A stretch of 63,973 nucleotides of DNA, the filler included, from an uncultured bacterium (GTDB lineage Bacteria; Latescibacterota; UBA2968), in the NCBI GenBank assembly GCA_964471275.1. It is 13 parts of 13 records of this genome, joined end to end, with 100 filler letters (N's around TTAATTAATTAA, not from the genome) between each part and the next. Parts side by side here need not be neighbours in the genome. Positions count along the whole stretch, not along the records: positions 50,323 to 55,157 come from CAYYGZ010000301.1; positions 55,258 to 59,983 come from CAYYGZ010000302.1; positions 60,084 to 63,973 come from CAYYGZ010000326.1; 10 more parts are not named here. One strand, given 5' to 3'. Of the stretch, positions 51,897-62,760 are shown piece after piece (the stretch's first letter is position 1; the number at the start of each line of letters is the position of its first letter). Under the pieces are notes generated by a model. It did no database searches. It saw nothing but the letters and a program-made list of their open reading frames with translations, and had not been told where the DNA came from. The translations under genes and the position numbers were made by a program.

Positions 51897-52975
51897 ATGA
51901 ACCTAATGTATGAGGATTGTGTGTTCGATCTCTTGAAGCTGTTTAAGGATGTGTTTCACCCGGAGGCGGGAGAGTGGGTTGTTGTTGTCCTCGATCTGCC
52001 GAACGGGAATATCGTGGACAATCCACTCTGGAAGGAGCGGCGGTCGATGGCTGCGGAGTGGCACGCCCTCCTTGGCGAAAGCGCGTCAGAGCTCGGAGTC
52101 CGGGTCGCTCCATTGGTGTCGTTTCCTGCTGTAGGAACCCACAATGGCTATCTGCCGCTCGGCGAGGGCGAACCCGTTGTCCTGTCGGAAGCCCTTGGCG
52201 AGGCAACGATCGGTCTCGCCAACAGCACCCGTGGTGGCCTGGGCGAAGGAACACACCGATTTCAGGTGCGCAACGCTTCCCGGTGTGGCGAAACGGATGG
52301 AAAAGACTGCGCTTGCCGCTGACTATACCGAGGTTGCCCGACGGTGCGCGGTGCTGAAAGGTCTGTTGGTAGAAGCGGAGTCGGCGGACGTGACGTTTGC
52401 GACGGGACACACGTGGCACGTCGATCTGCGATTCGGTGAGCCGCTGATGGATGACGGTCAGTTGCCGCGTGGGAAGGCCGGAGGTGGCGTGATCAATCTG
52501 CCGAGCGGAGAGAGCTTCCTGGTGCCGTATGAGGGTGAGCGCGAAGGTGAGCCCAGCCGAACGGAAGGTGAGATACCCGTGCAGGAAGGTGACGAGCGGG
52601 TGGTTTTCGAGGTTCGTGGGAACCGGGTGGTCGATGTGAAGGGCGGAACAAGAGCTGGCGAGATCAAGGCGTACTTCGATCGTGATCCCGCACGGGCGAA
52701 TATCGCGGAGTTCGCGTTCGGGTGCAATCCAGAGGCCGTCGTGTGGGACAATGTTCTGGAAGATGAGAAGGCCGGTTTTCCACTAGGCCTACGGCAGGAG
52801 CGAGCACCTGGGCGGAATCGTCGGTCCTGACGCATTCGAAAGTCCCAAGACAGTTGTACATCAGGATATCGTGTATGCGCCCGACAGCCCCATCCAGGTG
52901 GCATCCGTAACCCTGACACGTGCCTATGGGGATCGTATTGCTGTGATACATGACGGAGACTATGTCGTCTTCTAG
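51897..52975 (+). pseudogene. Metallo-aminopeptidase-like (M29-type) pseudogene
   Basis: Three frames: ...VVVVLDLP...; NLPSGE...NIAEFAFGCN...VLEDEKAG; then H*AYGRSEHLGG...HQDIVY to a TAG at 52973-52975. Confidence 0.7.
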
Positions 52976-52984
52976 GAGCGTGCT

Positions 52985-53353
52985 GTGCCGCCTGATGGGT
53001 TGACAGAACAGATCACGGATCTGCTGCAGCAGGGAATCCGGGAAACCATCGAGAATCGCGATGAGACCGCGTTCGAGCGCGCCGCAAAGGAGGCATACAA
53101 GGTCAGGACTGGTGGGAAGGCGTTGTCGGATGATGATGCGATCATCAACCACGTGTTCCCCTCGACCGTGCGTCAGACGGTGGCGCTTGGGCTTCACCTG
53201 GTAGACAGCGACAAAGAGAAGGCTTCGGTGATCTTAAAGGGGGCGCTGGAAACCGTTCTGAGCAGGCTGTCGGTGGTGCCGGCAGGGGACTGGGCGGCGG
53301 CAAACTCCGCATCACCCATATGGAAGCGATTGTGGCCGCCTGGGAAGAAGTGA
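52985..53353 (+). CDS. Hypothetical protein
   Basis: GTG start after AGGAG; 122 aa. Confidence 0.55.
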   Translation: MPPDGLTEQITDLLQQGIRETIENRDETAFERAAKEAYKVRTGGKALSDDDAIINHVFPSTVRQTVALGLHLVDSDKEKASVILKGALETVLSRLSVVPAGDWAAANSASPIWKRLWPPGKK

Positions 53354-53390
53354 GATCGTTTGCGTCTGGCGATCGCCTGAGGGTTGTCTG

Positions 53391-53433
53391 AAAGAGAAAA
53401 GAGGAGTTCGATACAGGCTCCTCTTTTCTCTTT
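53391..53433. terminator. Bidirectional terminator-like hairpin
   Basis: AAAGAGAAAAGAGGAG / CTCCTCTTTTCTCTTT 16-bp stem between convergent genes. Confidence 0.75.
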
Positions 53434-53451
53434 TCTGTTGATCTGAGTGTG

Positions 53452-53712
53452 CTAGTTCTTGAGTTCAGCAAGTTCCTTCCGGCATTTTTCGATCTGCTTC
53501 TCGAGCGCCTTCTTCTTTCGGGCCTTGGTGTTTATCCCACGTACAGCAACGCCGTTTGCCTGCTGAGCAGCTTTGGCTTGTCCACGAACCTTCCGGACAT
53601 CTGTATCGACCTTGGCCGCCCGTTTGCGCAAATTCTGTATACTTGCAGCCGTGACAAACTTGGTGATGACGACGCTGACGAGGGCGGCCACCGAGATTAT
53701 CGCGAATATCAT
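53452..53712 (-). CDS. Hypothetical membrane-anchored coiled-coil protein
   Basis: Hydrophobic N-terminus, basic coiled coil, GGAG upstream of ATG. Confidence 0.6.
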   Translation of the reverse strand: MIFAIISVAALVSVVITKFVTAASIQNLRKRAAKVDTDVRKVRGQAKAAQQANGVAVRGINTKARKKKALEKQIEKCRKELAELKN

Positions 53713-53825
53713 TTGAAGCTCCCAGTTGAGCTAATTGGTTGATTCCAAAGCTCTTACAAGATGTTGTAATCGATTTTTACTGTCAAGTGAGATTATCCTG
53801 CGGCAGAATTGGCGGCAATCCGATT

Positions 53826-53945
53826 GTCCGCATCCACGAGAAGCTGGGCAGTCTTCGGGCAGAAGACCGTCTGGGCGCCTGGGTGTATCAGATTACCCGG
53901 AATGTAATCGTCGATTACTTCCGAAAGAGATCCCGGATTTCAGAT
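53826..53945 (+). pseudogene. ECF sigma factor (SigZ-like) region 2 fragment
   Basis: VRIHEKLGSLRAEDRLGAWVYQITRNVIVDYFRKR; no recognisable N-terminus or region 4. Confidence 0.6.
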
Positions 53946-54220
53946 GAGTCGGATCTGGCGGAGTTCTACGCCGAGGATGAAGATCAGGCGCGTGTGCAGC
54001 GGGGACGTGCCCTCGCGGAGCAGATGCTGGATGACTGCTGCCCTTCCGGAAAGATGTCCGAGGACGGGTGGCGGAAAACGAGAGACGCAATCCGGGATCC
54101 TGTGACTGCTGATTTTCTTGCGTCCTTTCTCGAGGAGTTGCGTCTGCTTTTGCGTGAGGTGATGGCGATCGAGGTATTGTACCCGGGCAGGCTGCCTCAA
54201 CAACACGATACAGGAGAAGT

Positions 54221-55063
54221 GTGATGAGCGATGGAACGACCGAAACGCAGACCGTTGCTGATGATCGAATCCGGAATGACGTGCGAGATAACTATGCCGC
54301 TGTAGTGGAACGAGAATCCGGCTGCTGCGCGCCAGCAGAGGAGAGTGGGTGCTGCGATACCGGAGATCCAGTAGATCGTCGAGATCCGGGAAAGGCGGCG
54401 ATGCGGATGGGCTACTCCGAGGACGAAGTATCCGACGTGCCTGAGGGTGCGAATATGGGTCTTGGGTGTGGAAATCCGCAGGCGATCGCTGAGCTCCAGA
54501 AGGGCGAGGTCGTCGTCGACCTGGGAAGTGGGGGCGGGTTTGACTGCTTCCTCGCGGCCAGGCATGTGGGCGCGACGGGACACGTAATCGGTGTTGATAT
54601 GACACCCCAGATGATCTCGAAAGCGCGCGCAAATTTGGCCAAATCCGGATCTGAGAATATCGAATTCCGGCTGGGGGAGATCGAGCACCTGCCCGTGGCG
54701 GACGAGACCGTCGACGCGATCGTGTCAAACTGTGTGATCAACCTGTCGCCCGACAAGCCGCAGGTGTTCGCGGAGGCCTATCGGATTCTGAAGCCGGGCG
54801 GAAGATTGGCGATCTCCGATATCGTCGCCGTAAGGCCTCTTCCCGAGTCTGTCCAGGACGACATAAGCGCCTATTGTGGGTGCATTGCTGGCGCAGCTTT
54901 GAAGGAAGAGGTGGAGAAGATGCTGGCGGGGGCCGGATTCGAGGAGGTCCGTGTCGAAATTGAGCCTGACAGCCGCGCTTTCATCAAGAATTGGATCTCC
55001 GGATCGGGGATCGAGGATCACATCGTTTCAGCGAAGATCACGGCGAGAAAGGGTAGGGAGTGA
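54221..55063 (+). CDS. arsM: Arsenite methyltransferase
   Basis: N-terminal CC pairs, GLGCGNP, DLGSGGGFDC, SNCVINLSPDK, GCIAGA. Confidence 0.92.
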   Translation: MMSDGTTETQTVADDRIRNDVRDNYAAVVERESGCCAPAEESGCCDTGDPVDRRDPGKAAMRMGYSEDEVSDVPEGANMGLGCGNPQAIAELQKGEVVVDLGSGGGFDCFLAARHVGATGHVIGVDMTPQMISKARANLAKSGSENIEFRLGEIEHLPVADETVDAIVSNCVINLSPDKPQVFAEAYRILKPGGRLAISDIVAVRPLPESVQDDISAYCGCIAGAALKEEVEKMLAGAGFEEVRVEIEPDSRAFIKNWISGSGIEDHIVSAKITARKGRE

Positions 55064-55100
55064 GTGGCGTGGGGCTTGGGGTATGGGGCGTGGAAGAACC

Positions 55101-55157
55101 AGCATATTGGCCCCCTGAATGAGTGAGACCTCCTATAGTGTTGTAATCATAAGGGGG
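55101..55157 (+). mobile_element. IS left end at contig edge
   Basis: Near-identical to the reverse complement of 60471-60525, which precedes an IS OrfA. Confidence 0.8.
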
Positions 55158-55374
55158 NNNNNNNNNNNNNNNNNNNNNNNNNNNNNNNNNNNNNNNNNNN
55201 NTTAATTAATTAANNNNNNNNNNNNNNNNNNNNNNNNNNNNNNNNNNNNNNNNNNNNCGAAATCAAATTGATCCCCGGAAGAGCAAGGTCCTCCGCCGGG
55301 CACGTCACAAAATGCACTTCCGGGTTCTTCTCCCGCGAGAAACCCAGCATATCCTCTGAGGGGTCTGCTCCCGT

Positions 55375-55575
55375 CTACTCCACAAGACGGCTCTGCTGCT
55401 CGATCTGAGCGCGGATGTAGTTTCCGGTCCCGCACCCGATATCCAACGCGAACACCGGCGTCTTCTCCTGCCCGATTCTCACCAGATCCTCATCCAACGG
55501 CGACTTGTTCTTCTCCCTTGCCCGATCGAACTTCGGAGCGATTCCTGAGTAATCTATCTTGGGTATCTTGCTCAT
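55375..55575 (-). pseudogene. SAM-methyltransferase N-terminal fragment
   Basis: DYSGIAPKFD...ALDIGCGTG, then an early stop near the contig edge. Confidence 0.6.
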
Positions 55576-55621
55576 CTTATCATCTGTTCTCTGCTTTCGC
55601 TACGCGCCAGACTTTCTGCGC

Positions 55622-56197
55622 TCAGCGTCCTTCCACAACGAAATCAGCCCGCGATTGTGGATCACTCGTCTCTATATACTGTGTATAGGCTCGCATCCAT
55701 TCATTCTCCCACACATCCCGGGCATCCTCCCCGTCTCGCTCGATGCCTCTAGCCAGACAAACAGCTTCGGGCGTCTCTACCCAGATGCATAAATCGTAGA
55801 ACGCCGTCAGCTCCCGCCGTGTGCTGAATACGCCCTCCACAACGACGGTACTGCCAACATCCACATCTTTCCAACCCGTCAGCGCGTCTGACCGCCAGTC
55901 ATAGCGTCGATATCGGGCGACCTCGTCCCTCGACAGCGGAACAAGAACCTGATCCCTCAACCTCTCCCAATCGTAGTCCGATCCGGGCTCTGCGACCGCA
56001 GCCTTTCTATCAGGCCGGATGCTGACCGGCAACCAGAAATCATCGACTTCCACGACGGATAGAGTGCCAATCCGACACGCAAGTCGTCTCGCCAGGCTCG
56101 ATTTCCCGGCTCCCCCTCGCCCATCGATCGCGACAAGCCGCGTCTTGTTTCGAGGTGGTTTCGCTGTGATCCTGCCCGCAAGTGTCTCAAAATCCAT
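55622..56197 (-). CDS. Uridine kinase-like P-loop protein
   Basis: VAIDGRGGAGKS, VDDF, VVVEGV, RGIERDG. Confidence 0.82.
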   Translation of the reverse strand: MDFETLAGRITAKPPRNKTRLVAIDGRGGAGKSSLARRLACRIGTLSVVEVDDFWLPVSIRPDRKAAVAEPGSDYDWERLRDQVLVPLSRDEVARYRRYDWRSDALTGWKDVDVGSTVVVEGVFSTRRELTAFYDLCIWVETPEAVCLARGIERDGEDARDVWENEWMRAYTQYIETSDPQSRADFVVEGR

Positions 56198-56664
56198 AGG
56201 TGGCTTCAATATGCACCCGGCCTGCCATACAAGAAAGGGGCGAACTCCTTTAGGAATTCGCCGCCTTGCCACTCACTATCTCGCTACCTCACTGCCTATC
56301 CTGTTCATCATCCCGCTTGGCCCTGCAGTTCTCCGCTCTTCAGACGAAAGACATTGGGATCACTCTACCGGCGACAGCAAGCTCAGTGAGCCATCTACCG
56401 ATAGCTGGTTTCTGAATTCCCCAACGATCTCTGCGTCCATCGTGCCACAAAGACCGGAGCGCGACCGGCAATTGCCGATCAGTGCTTCGTCAGTCACAGC
56501 TGCCTATCCCGGAAAAGAGTCGACTTTTGCGATGCTGTATTGACGACGACCGAATATGTGAGAAAGTTTTGATTGATCGACACATAAATCCTTCATTTAT
56601 ATAGGTACAGGATGGAATTACACATAAATCCCTAATCCGCAACGATTTATCGCAAGGAGAACCG

Positions 56665-56973
56665 ATGGTTCACGTCATCGCAACGATCGAATGTACTGAC
56701 GAGAAACGAGACGCCTTTATCACTGAATTCAAGCAGAATGTCCCCAATTGTCTGGCCGAAGAGGGATGCATCGCCTACGGTCCGACGATCGACACCGACT
56801 CCGGAATCGGCGCCCAGGGCCATCTTCGCGAAAATGTTGTTACCGTCGTCGAACAGTGGGCGTCACTCGATGCTCTCAATGCACATCTCGCCGCGCCTCA
56901 CATGGCAACTTACCGGGAGCGGGTGAAGGACCTTGTCGCAGGGGTCTCTCTGCAGGTGTTGGAGCCCGCCTAG
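56665..56973 (+). CDS. Antibiotic biosynthesis monooxygenase (putative quinol monooxygenase)
   Basis: AEEGCIAY, VVEQWASLDALNAHLAAPHM. Confidence 0.88.
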   Translation: MVHVIATIECTDEKRDAFITEFKQNVPNCLAEEGCIAYGPTIDTDSGIGAQGHLRENVVTVVEQWASLDALNAHLAAPHMATYRERVKDLVAGVSLQVLEPA

Positions 56974-57059
56974 TCACCAATACACAAGCAGGAGAGCGAG
57001 AGCGGAGGCGAACACGCGAAGATGCCGATTCTTCTCCTGCTCACCCGTTCGAGGTAACT

Positions 57060-58067
57060 ATGATCTCTATCACACAACTATCTCATCCCTCTCGTGGACG
57101 TCGAGTCGCTTGCGTCGACGGTGACACACTGGACATCCTCGAAACCACATCGACGTTGGCACTTGTCCAATCTGCGCTCGAATCTGATCGACCACTGGCT
57201 GCGATCATTAACGCGGCCGGTTCGTCGTTGTCGGTCAGCTATGATGACGTCTACACGGGCATCAGCGAGTGGAAGCTTCTCGCTCCTTTTGATCATCCGG
57301 ACGAGCCAAACCGTCTCATCATAAGCGGGACGGGTCTGACCCACAAGGCGAGCGCCGCGAATCGTCAGGCCATGCACGAAGCACAGAGCGGCGACGAATC
57401 CGCGCTCACAGACAGTATGCGAATGTATCAATGGGGTCTTGAAGGTGGGACACCACCTGATGGCGAGATAGGTGCTCAGCCCGAATGGTTCTACAAGGGC
57501 CTGGGCACGACCGTACGCGCGCACGGTGAATCCCTCGATGTGCCCTCTTTTGCGGATGACGGAGGTGAGGAGCCGGAAATCGCAGGCTGCTACGTGATCG
57601 ACATCGAAGGTAAACCCAGACGCGTTGGGTTCCTGCAAGGAAACGAATTCGCTGACCATGTTATGGAGAAGAAGAACTACCTGTATCTCGCGCCATCAAA
57701 GCTTCGTGATTGTGCCATCGGCCCCGAGCTGATCATTGACGCCGAATTCGATACCATCACCGGTACCGTCAGTATCGAACGAAGCGGTGAGACAATCTGG
57801 TCAAAAGGGATATCGAGCGGCAACGAACACACGTGCCACAGCCTCGCAAACATAGAGCATCATCACTTCAAATACGCCGCACACCGCCGTCCCGGCGATC
57901 TCCACCTCCACTTCTACGGGGCCGATGCCTTCAGCTTTGGCGAGGGTATCACACTCCAGGACGGGGACAGCATGGTTGTAGACTGGGAGGGGATGGGAAG
58001 GCCTTTGCGTAATCCACTGAGAATCAATCAAGAAACAGATCAGTTCAGGCAAGTTCTGAGTATATGA
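57060..58067 (+). CDS. FAH-superfamily AraD1-like sugar-acid enzyme
   Basis: SGTGLTH, QPEWFYKG, DGGEEPEIAG, NYLYLAPSKLR, EHHHFKY. Confidence 0.8.
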   Translation: MISITQLSHPSRGRRVACVDGDTLDILETTSTLALVQSALESDRPLAAIINAAGSSLSVSYDDVYTGISEWKLLAPFDHPDEPNRLIISGTGLTHKASAANRQAMHEAQSGDESALTDSMRMYQWGLEGGTPPDGEIGAQPEWFYKGLGTTVRAHGESLDVPSFADDGGEEPEIAGCYVIDIEGKPRRVGFLQGNEFADHVMEKKNYLYLAPSKLRDCAIGPELIIDAEFDTITGTVSIERSGETIWSKGISSGNEHTCHSLANIEHHHFKYAAHRRPGDLHLHFYGADAFSFGEGITLQDGDSMVVDWEGMGRPLRNPLRINQETDQFRQVLSI

Positions 58068-58068
58068 C

Positions 58069-58172
58069 GCAGAGGTGCGGGGAGCAGAGGAGCAAGGGTC
58101 TGATCATGATTTTGGTAACCTGAGTCTGTCGGCAAAGCAATCCCCCTTGCTCCCTGCCCCTCTGCCCCCTGC
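58069..58172. repeat. Long imperfect inverted repeat built from about 8-nt units
   Basis: GCAGAGGTGCGGGGAGCAGAGGAGCAAGGG versus CCCTTGCTCCCTGCCCCTCTGCCCCCTGC. Confidence 0.65.
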
Positions 58173-58209
58173 AAGAGAGTTCTACAGAACGTTCTCTCCG
58201 GTATAGAAG

Positions 58210-59055
58210 ATGATAACCGACATCCACTCCCACATCTGGCGCTATCCCGATCACTTCGGTGACGACTTCCGCGATCAAGCGATGCGGGCCTGGGGCGGTC
58301 ACGACGTCGATCTGACGGTTCGCTTCGAGGACTACGTGCGTCAGTCATCTGAGAAGGTGAAGACTGTTGTATTCGGTGGCAAAGCGAAGCTGAGCGGCAT
58401 GTGGATCGAGGATGACTATGTCGCGGAATACGTCAGCCAGCACGCAAACGACCTGATCGGCTTTCTCTCCGTTGACCCTACGCAGCCAGGATGGCGCGAG
58501 GACCTCACGCGTGGGCATCAGGACTTGAGACTCCGCGGTATCAAGCTCCTGTCCACGTATGCGGGCTTCAAACCTTGCGAACCAGAACTGGATGACCTGT
58601 GGGCGTATGCAACCGAGCACGGTCTACCCGTTCTCCTGCACACGGGAACGACATTCATCGCACAGGCCCCGCTCGAGTTTACGCTTCCCCGTCATCTCGA
58701 TGATGTCGCGATCCGATATCCCGATGTCAACATCATCATGGCACACCTCTCGCATCCCTACGGAGGCGAATGTGCTGCAACTCTGCGTAAGCATCCTAAC
58801 GTATACGCCGATGTCAGTGCCATCCACTTCCGTCCCTGGCAGCTCTACAATGCTTTGATGCTCGTACAGGAATACGGCGTCTGGGACAAGCTCCTCTTTG
58901 GCACAGATTATCCCTTTGCTACCGTCGATGACTCGACAGCCGGACTCAGGTCGCTCAACAAGATGCTCGAGGGCACCCAATTACCTCGACTTGACTCGGA
59001 CAAGATAGAGCAGGTCATCTACAGGAACAGCCTGAAGTTGCTGAACCTTGTCTGA
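58210..59055 (+). CDS. Amidohydrolase_2 family protein
   Basis: DIHSH, RGIKL, LLHTG, MAHL, LFGTDYP. Confidence 0.9.
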   Translation: MITDIHSHIWRYPDHFGDDFRDQAMRAWGGHDVDLTVRFEDYVRQSSEKVKTVVFGGKAKLSGMWIEDDYVAEYVSQHANDLIGFLSVDPTQPGWREDLTRGHQDLRLRGIKLLSTYAGFKPCEPELDDLWAYATEHGLPVLLHTGTTFIAQAPLEFTLPRHLDDVAIRYPDVNIIMAHLSHPYGGECAATLRKHPNVYADVSAIHFRPWQLYNALMLVQEYGVWDKLLFGTDYPFATVDDSTAGLRSLNKMLEGTQLPRLDSDKIEQVIYRNSLKLLNLV

Positions 59056-59081
59056 CCGATCTCGATGACAGGAAGAACAGA

Positions 59082-59983
59082 ATGTCCGATACATACTGGC
59101 CGAGACCACTAGCGCCCTTTGATGAACGCCGGAGCCAGTTCCTGGAGTTCAGCGCCTCCGCCGAGAGTCAGGGAGACCGAGGCTTCTTCAACCAGATCTC
59201 GAGACTCGAGCTCGGTCGCGAGATAGACGAAGACGCCATCCGTCACGGGCTGAAGTACGTGGACACCAACCGGGACTGCACGGACTTCGCGGTTGGCGGC
59301 CTATTGCGGATAATCGCAAAGTACCGGGACAGCCCGCTCCTTTCACGTGATCTGGTAAATGAGATCGAAGCCCGGCTTCTGGCCTTCAAATACTGGTGGG
59401 ACGAACCAGGATACGACAGACGTTGCTACCACACGGAGAACCACCAGATCATTTTTCACACGGACGAACTCATTGCGGGACAGCTATACAGAGATCGAGT
59501 CTTCGAAAACAGCGGGCGAGACGGACGATACCATATCGAGCACGCCACGGTCTTGATTGAGAGATGGCTGGACTTCAGGATCCGATTTGGCTTCAGTGAA
59601 TGGCTGTCGAACTGCTACTTCGATGAGGACCTGCTCGCGCTGGTGAACCTCTTTGATTTCGCAGAGAACCCCGAGCTCAGGCGTCGTGCCAGTCTACTCA
59701 TTGATACGATCCTTTTCGAGCAGGCGCTGCACTCCCACGGGGGAGTCTTTGGATGCACACACGGCCGCACTTATCCTCGCCTGATCAAGGGAGGTCGCGG
59801 CGAGAGCTCCGCATCCGTATCGAAGCTGATGCTCGGTGTCGGCATCTACAATAATCCGGCCAACTTCGGTGCCGTGTGCCTGGCAACGAGCGACTATAGC
59901 TACAAGCCCCTACTCGAGCAGATCGCCACGGAAGTCGATGGCCCGCAGCGTATCAGAGAGCGTCACAGCATAAACATCGACGA
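59082..59983 (+). CDS. Hypothetical protein (possible lyase-like), 3' truncated
   Basis: Long ORF with TENHQI, GFSEWLSNCY, THGRTY. Confidence 0.6.
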
Positions 59984-60083
59984 NNNNNNNNNNNNNNNNN
60001 NNNNNNNNNNNNNNNNNNNNNNNNNNNTTAATTAATTAANNNNNNNNNNNNNNNNNNNNNNNNNNNNNNNNNNNNNNNNNNNN

Positions 60084-60525
60084 TGACGGATCTGCTCTCG
60101 AAGAACCGGATCATCAGAGATCGGACGACGACGGAGACACCTGATCGCAGAGCCAGGATCACGCACCCAGCCTTCAACGGCTTCGTGTTTTTTGGGCGCA
60201 TGAATAGCGAGGGCCTGATCACACGCAAGTTGCTAGAGGTCAGACACACGCTTCTGAAGACGCTCAACCTGCGCATCGGGCTTACCGGTCGGACGTCCCA
60301 TTCCTCGACGACGAAGATCGAGAGCCCGATCCTTCAACTTATACGCATACGTCGGACTTATGTCCCACTTACGGCATATCTCTGAATGCGACAGCATTCC
60401 TGAAACGAACTCTACCGCTATTTCATACTTCTGTTCTTCAGTGAACTTCGGATCTCCTGCCAAGGACACACCCTTATGATTACAACACTAGAGGAAGTCT
60501 CACTCATTCAGGGGGCCAATATGCT
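60084..60525 (-). mobile_element. IS3-type relic: left end plus HTH OrfA
   Basis: ORF 60233-60469 KFTEEQKYEIAVE...SEICRKWDIS; the end sequence is shared with 55101-55157. Confidence 0.78.
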
Positions 60526-60548
60526 CCCTGCCCCCCGCGCTGCCTTTC

Positions 60549-61487
60549 CTAGCCTTTCGATGGATCCAGCTCATACGCCGTCACCACCGACGGAAACACC
60601 TCCGCAACCGACGGCCACGGATTCCGACCCTCCTCGAGCGCCGTGACGAACTCGTGCGTTTCCGCATACGGTCCCAGACGAACGTGTGTGGGTTGTTCCT
60701 TGGGCGGACGTTCGTCAATCACAAGTTCAGTATTCAGCCAGCACATCAGGTGCGGATCGGCTGAACCCTCGACCCGGATATCGACCCGGTAGTTCTCCCC
60801 GTAGATCTCATACCCCTCCTCGACACAACCATCTGTGGGCAGGATATCCAGCGTTGCGGCTGCGCCGGATACGTAGTCGAAATCCACGTGATACTAGGGC
60901 GTTTCACCCATCAACGTCTTCTGCTCGTGATCCGAAAAGTCACCCCCGATCTCGCGCAGCGTGTCGATACAGTGGATACCCGTTCCGAAAACAAAAAAGT
61001 TCTCATGCCGGTTGTGTCGCAGGATCGACGCTCTCACATATCGGATCGGTCCCTGCTCCCGCACCCAATCTACGCCCTGCCGGATCAGCGGCTCGAAACG
61101 TCGATTCACGGAAACCATATTCGCGACCCCCGTCTCTTCCGCCGCCGCCACGATCCCCCTGATCTCATCAACCGTAGATCCCATCGGTTTCTCGATCGTC
61201 GCTGGCACGCCCCGCTTCATAAGATCGATTGCCAGCCCCGCCGTCAACTCGATCGGCATCACGGCAACCACCCCATCCAGCGCCTCAGCCTTCAGCATCT
61301 CCACGTGGTCTGTGTAGACTTTCCTGAACCCGTATTCCATCGAGAACTGCTCTGCCTTCTCGCGATCCAGATCGCATACCGCCGCGAGTGTCAACCTGTC
61401 CGGATGTGCCCGTGCATACTGCGATAGCGAGGGAGCGTGATTGCCTTTGCAGTGGGAACCGCAGCCGATAAGTCCAAGATTAACCAC
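60549..61487 (-). pseudogene. Gfo/Idh/MocA oxidoreductase with an in-frame TAG at 60894-60896
   Basis: LIGCG, AVCD, EKPM, NRRF, GIHCID; reads P*YHVDF into ORF 60549-60887 in the same frame. Confidence 0.8.
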
Positions 61488-61550
61488 GAACGCTTACCTC
61501 AGTGGCAAATGACAGGTGACAAATGACAAGAATAGAACCATTACACACGA

Positions 61551-61847
61551 TTGATGACCGCTGACATCACCTTCTACACTGGCCACACCGATGACCTTGA
61601 GCGGCGGATTACCGAACACCATTTCGGGGGAAAGTGCAAATACACGACCGACCGCCGGCCTTTGAGACTAGTGTGGTCTCTTGACTTCCCGACTCGCGAT
61701 GAAGCAAAGGAAGCGGAAGGGCAGATCAAAAAGTGGAGCCAGGCCAAGAAGAATGCGCTGATCAGTGGAAACTGGAAGCTAATCAGCAGTTTGGCAAAGA
61801 AGACCGACTGGAAAGGATACGAATCCCGGAAGCGTGCCGGCCAGTGA
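61551..61847 (+). CDS. GIY-YIG nuclease family protein, first motif apparently missing
   Basis: FYTGHTDDLERRITEH, YTTDRRP, EGQIKKWSQAKKNALI. Confidence 0.78.
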   Translation: MMTADITFYTGHTDDLERRITEHHFGGKCKYTTDRRPLRLVWSLDFPTRDEAKEAEGQIKKWSQAKKNALISGNWKLISSLAKKTDWKGYESRKRAGQ

Positions 61848-62004
61848 GGTCTTCGCAATGACCTCCGTGTCTTCGAGTGCGTCCCTTTGGGATGCGTATC
61901 GAGAAACCGGCATCAGCGAGAACCTCTTCCGGGGTCTCGATACACCCCGAGCATTGCTCGGCCTACTCGAACACACAGGGCTCGCTCTTGTCATTAAACA
62001 TGTG

Positions 62005-62760
62005 TCATTTGACACTCAACAACCGCTTCGCATTCCCCTCGAGTATCAACTCCGCGTCGTCATCCTCCAGATCCGTGACCACCCTCGCTGCTGCCGCTCT
62101 TGGCATAAACAACGGCGCGTGTGATCCGAACAGCAGCTTTTTTCCGATCCCATCGTCGACGAGAGCCCTCACTGCATCCAGTCCGTCTGCCTGTGAAACA
62201 TCAGCATACAGATTCGGTTGTTCTCTTAGCGAGTCGGAGGCGGCGCGAATCTCTCCCGTTCTGGCGCCGCCGATCACAAACCGGATATCGGCACGACGCT
62301 CGGCGATCTGAACGATATCACTCACCGGAACATCATCCACGATGGCCATCGGATGCTGACGACGAGGATCTTCCATCCGTGTCTGCACGATCGTGATGAT
62401 CCCGCGCTTGCTGATCACATCCCAGAACACTTCGATCCCCCCGAGATCGTATCCGTGATAGTTCGGCAGCAGCCGGATTACCTGCACGCCCACCTCCACA
62501 GCCTCCAGCAGTTCAGCCCCCCAGGTAGCGACGGTGGGGTCAAGAATCGGAACGGGTAATAGATCTGTCCGCCCCTCACAGGACCGATACAGGGGACCGT
62601 TGTAGAGATGTGGATTCCGGCACCAGACGGCGTCGAGCGGAGAAAACAGGATCCGGTCCACACCGATATCTGTCAGGCTGGCGACAACGTCGTCCAGACG
62701 TCCGCTGACCGGATGGGTCGACCACGCACCCGTGAAGGCTGAGAAATCGACGACCATCAC
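62005..62760 (-). CDS. Amidohydrolase family protein
   Basis: IRLLPNYHGY, LLFGSHAP, ILEGNAKRLL. GTGA overlap with the upstream gene. Confidence 0.78.
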   Translation of the reverse strand: MMVVDFSAFTGAWSTHPVSGRLDDVVASLTDIGVDRILFSPLDAVWCRNPHLYNGPLYRSCEGRTDLLPVPILDPTVATWGAELLEAVEVGVQVIRLLPNYHGYDLGGIEVFWDVISKRGIITIVQTRMEDPRRQHPMAIVDDVPVSDIVQIAERRADIRFVIGGARTGEIRAASDSLREQPNLYADVSQADGLDAVRALVDDGIGKKLLFGSHAPLFMPRAAAARVVTDLEDDDAELILEGNAKRLLSVK

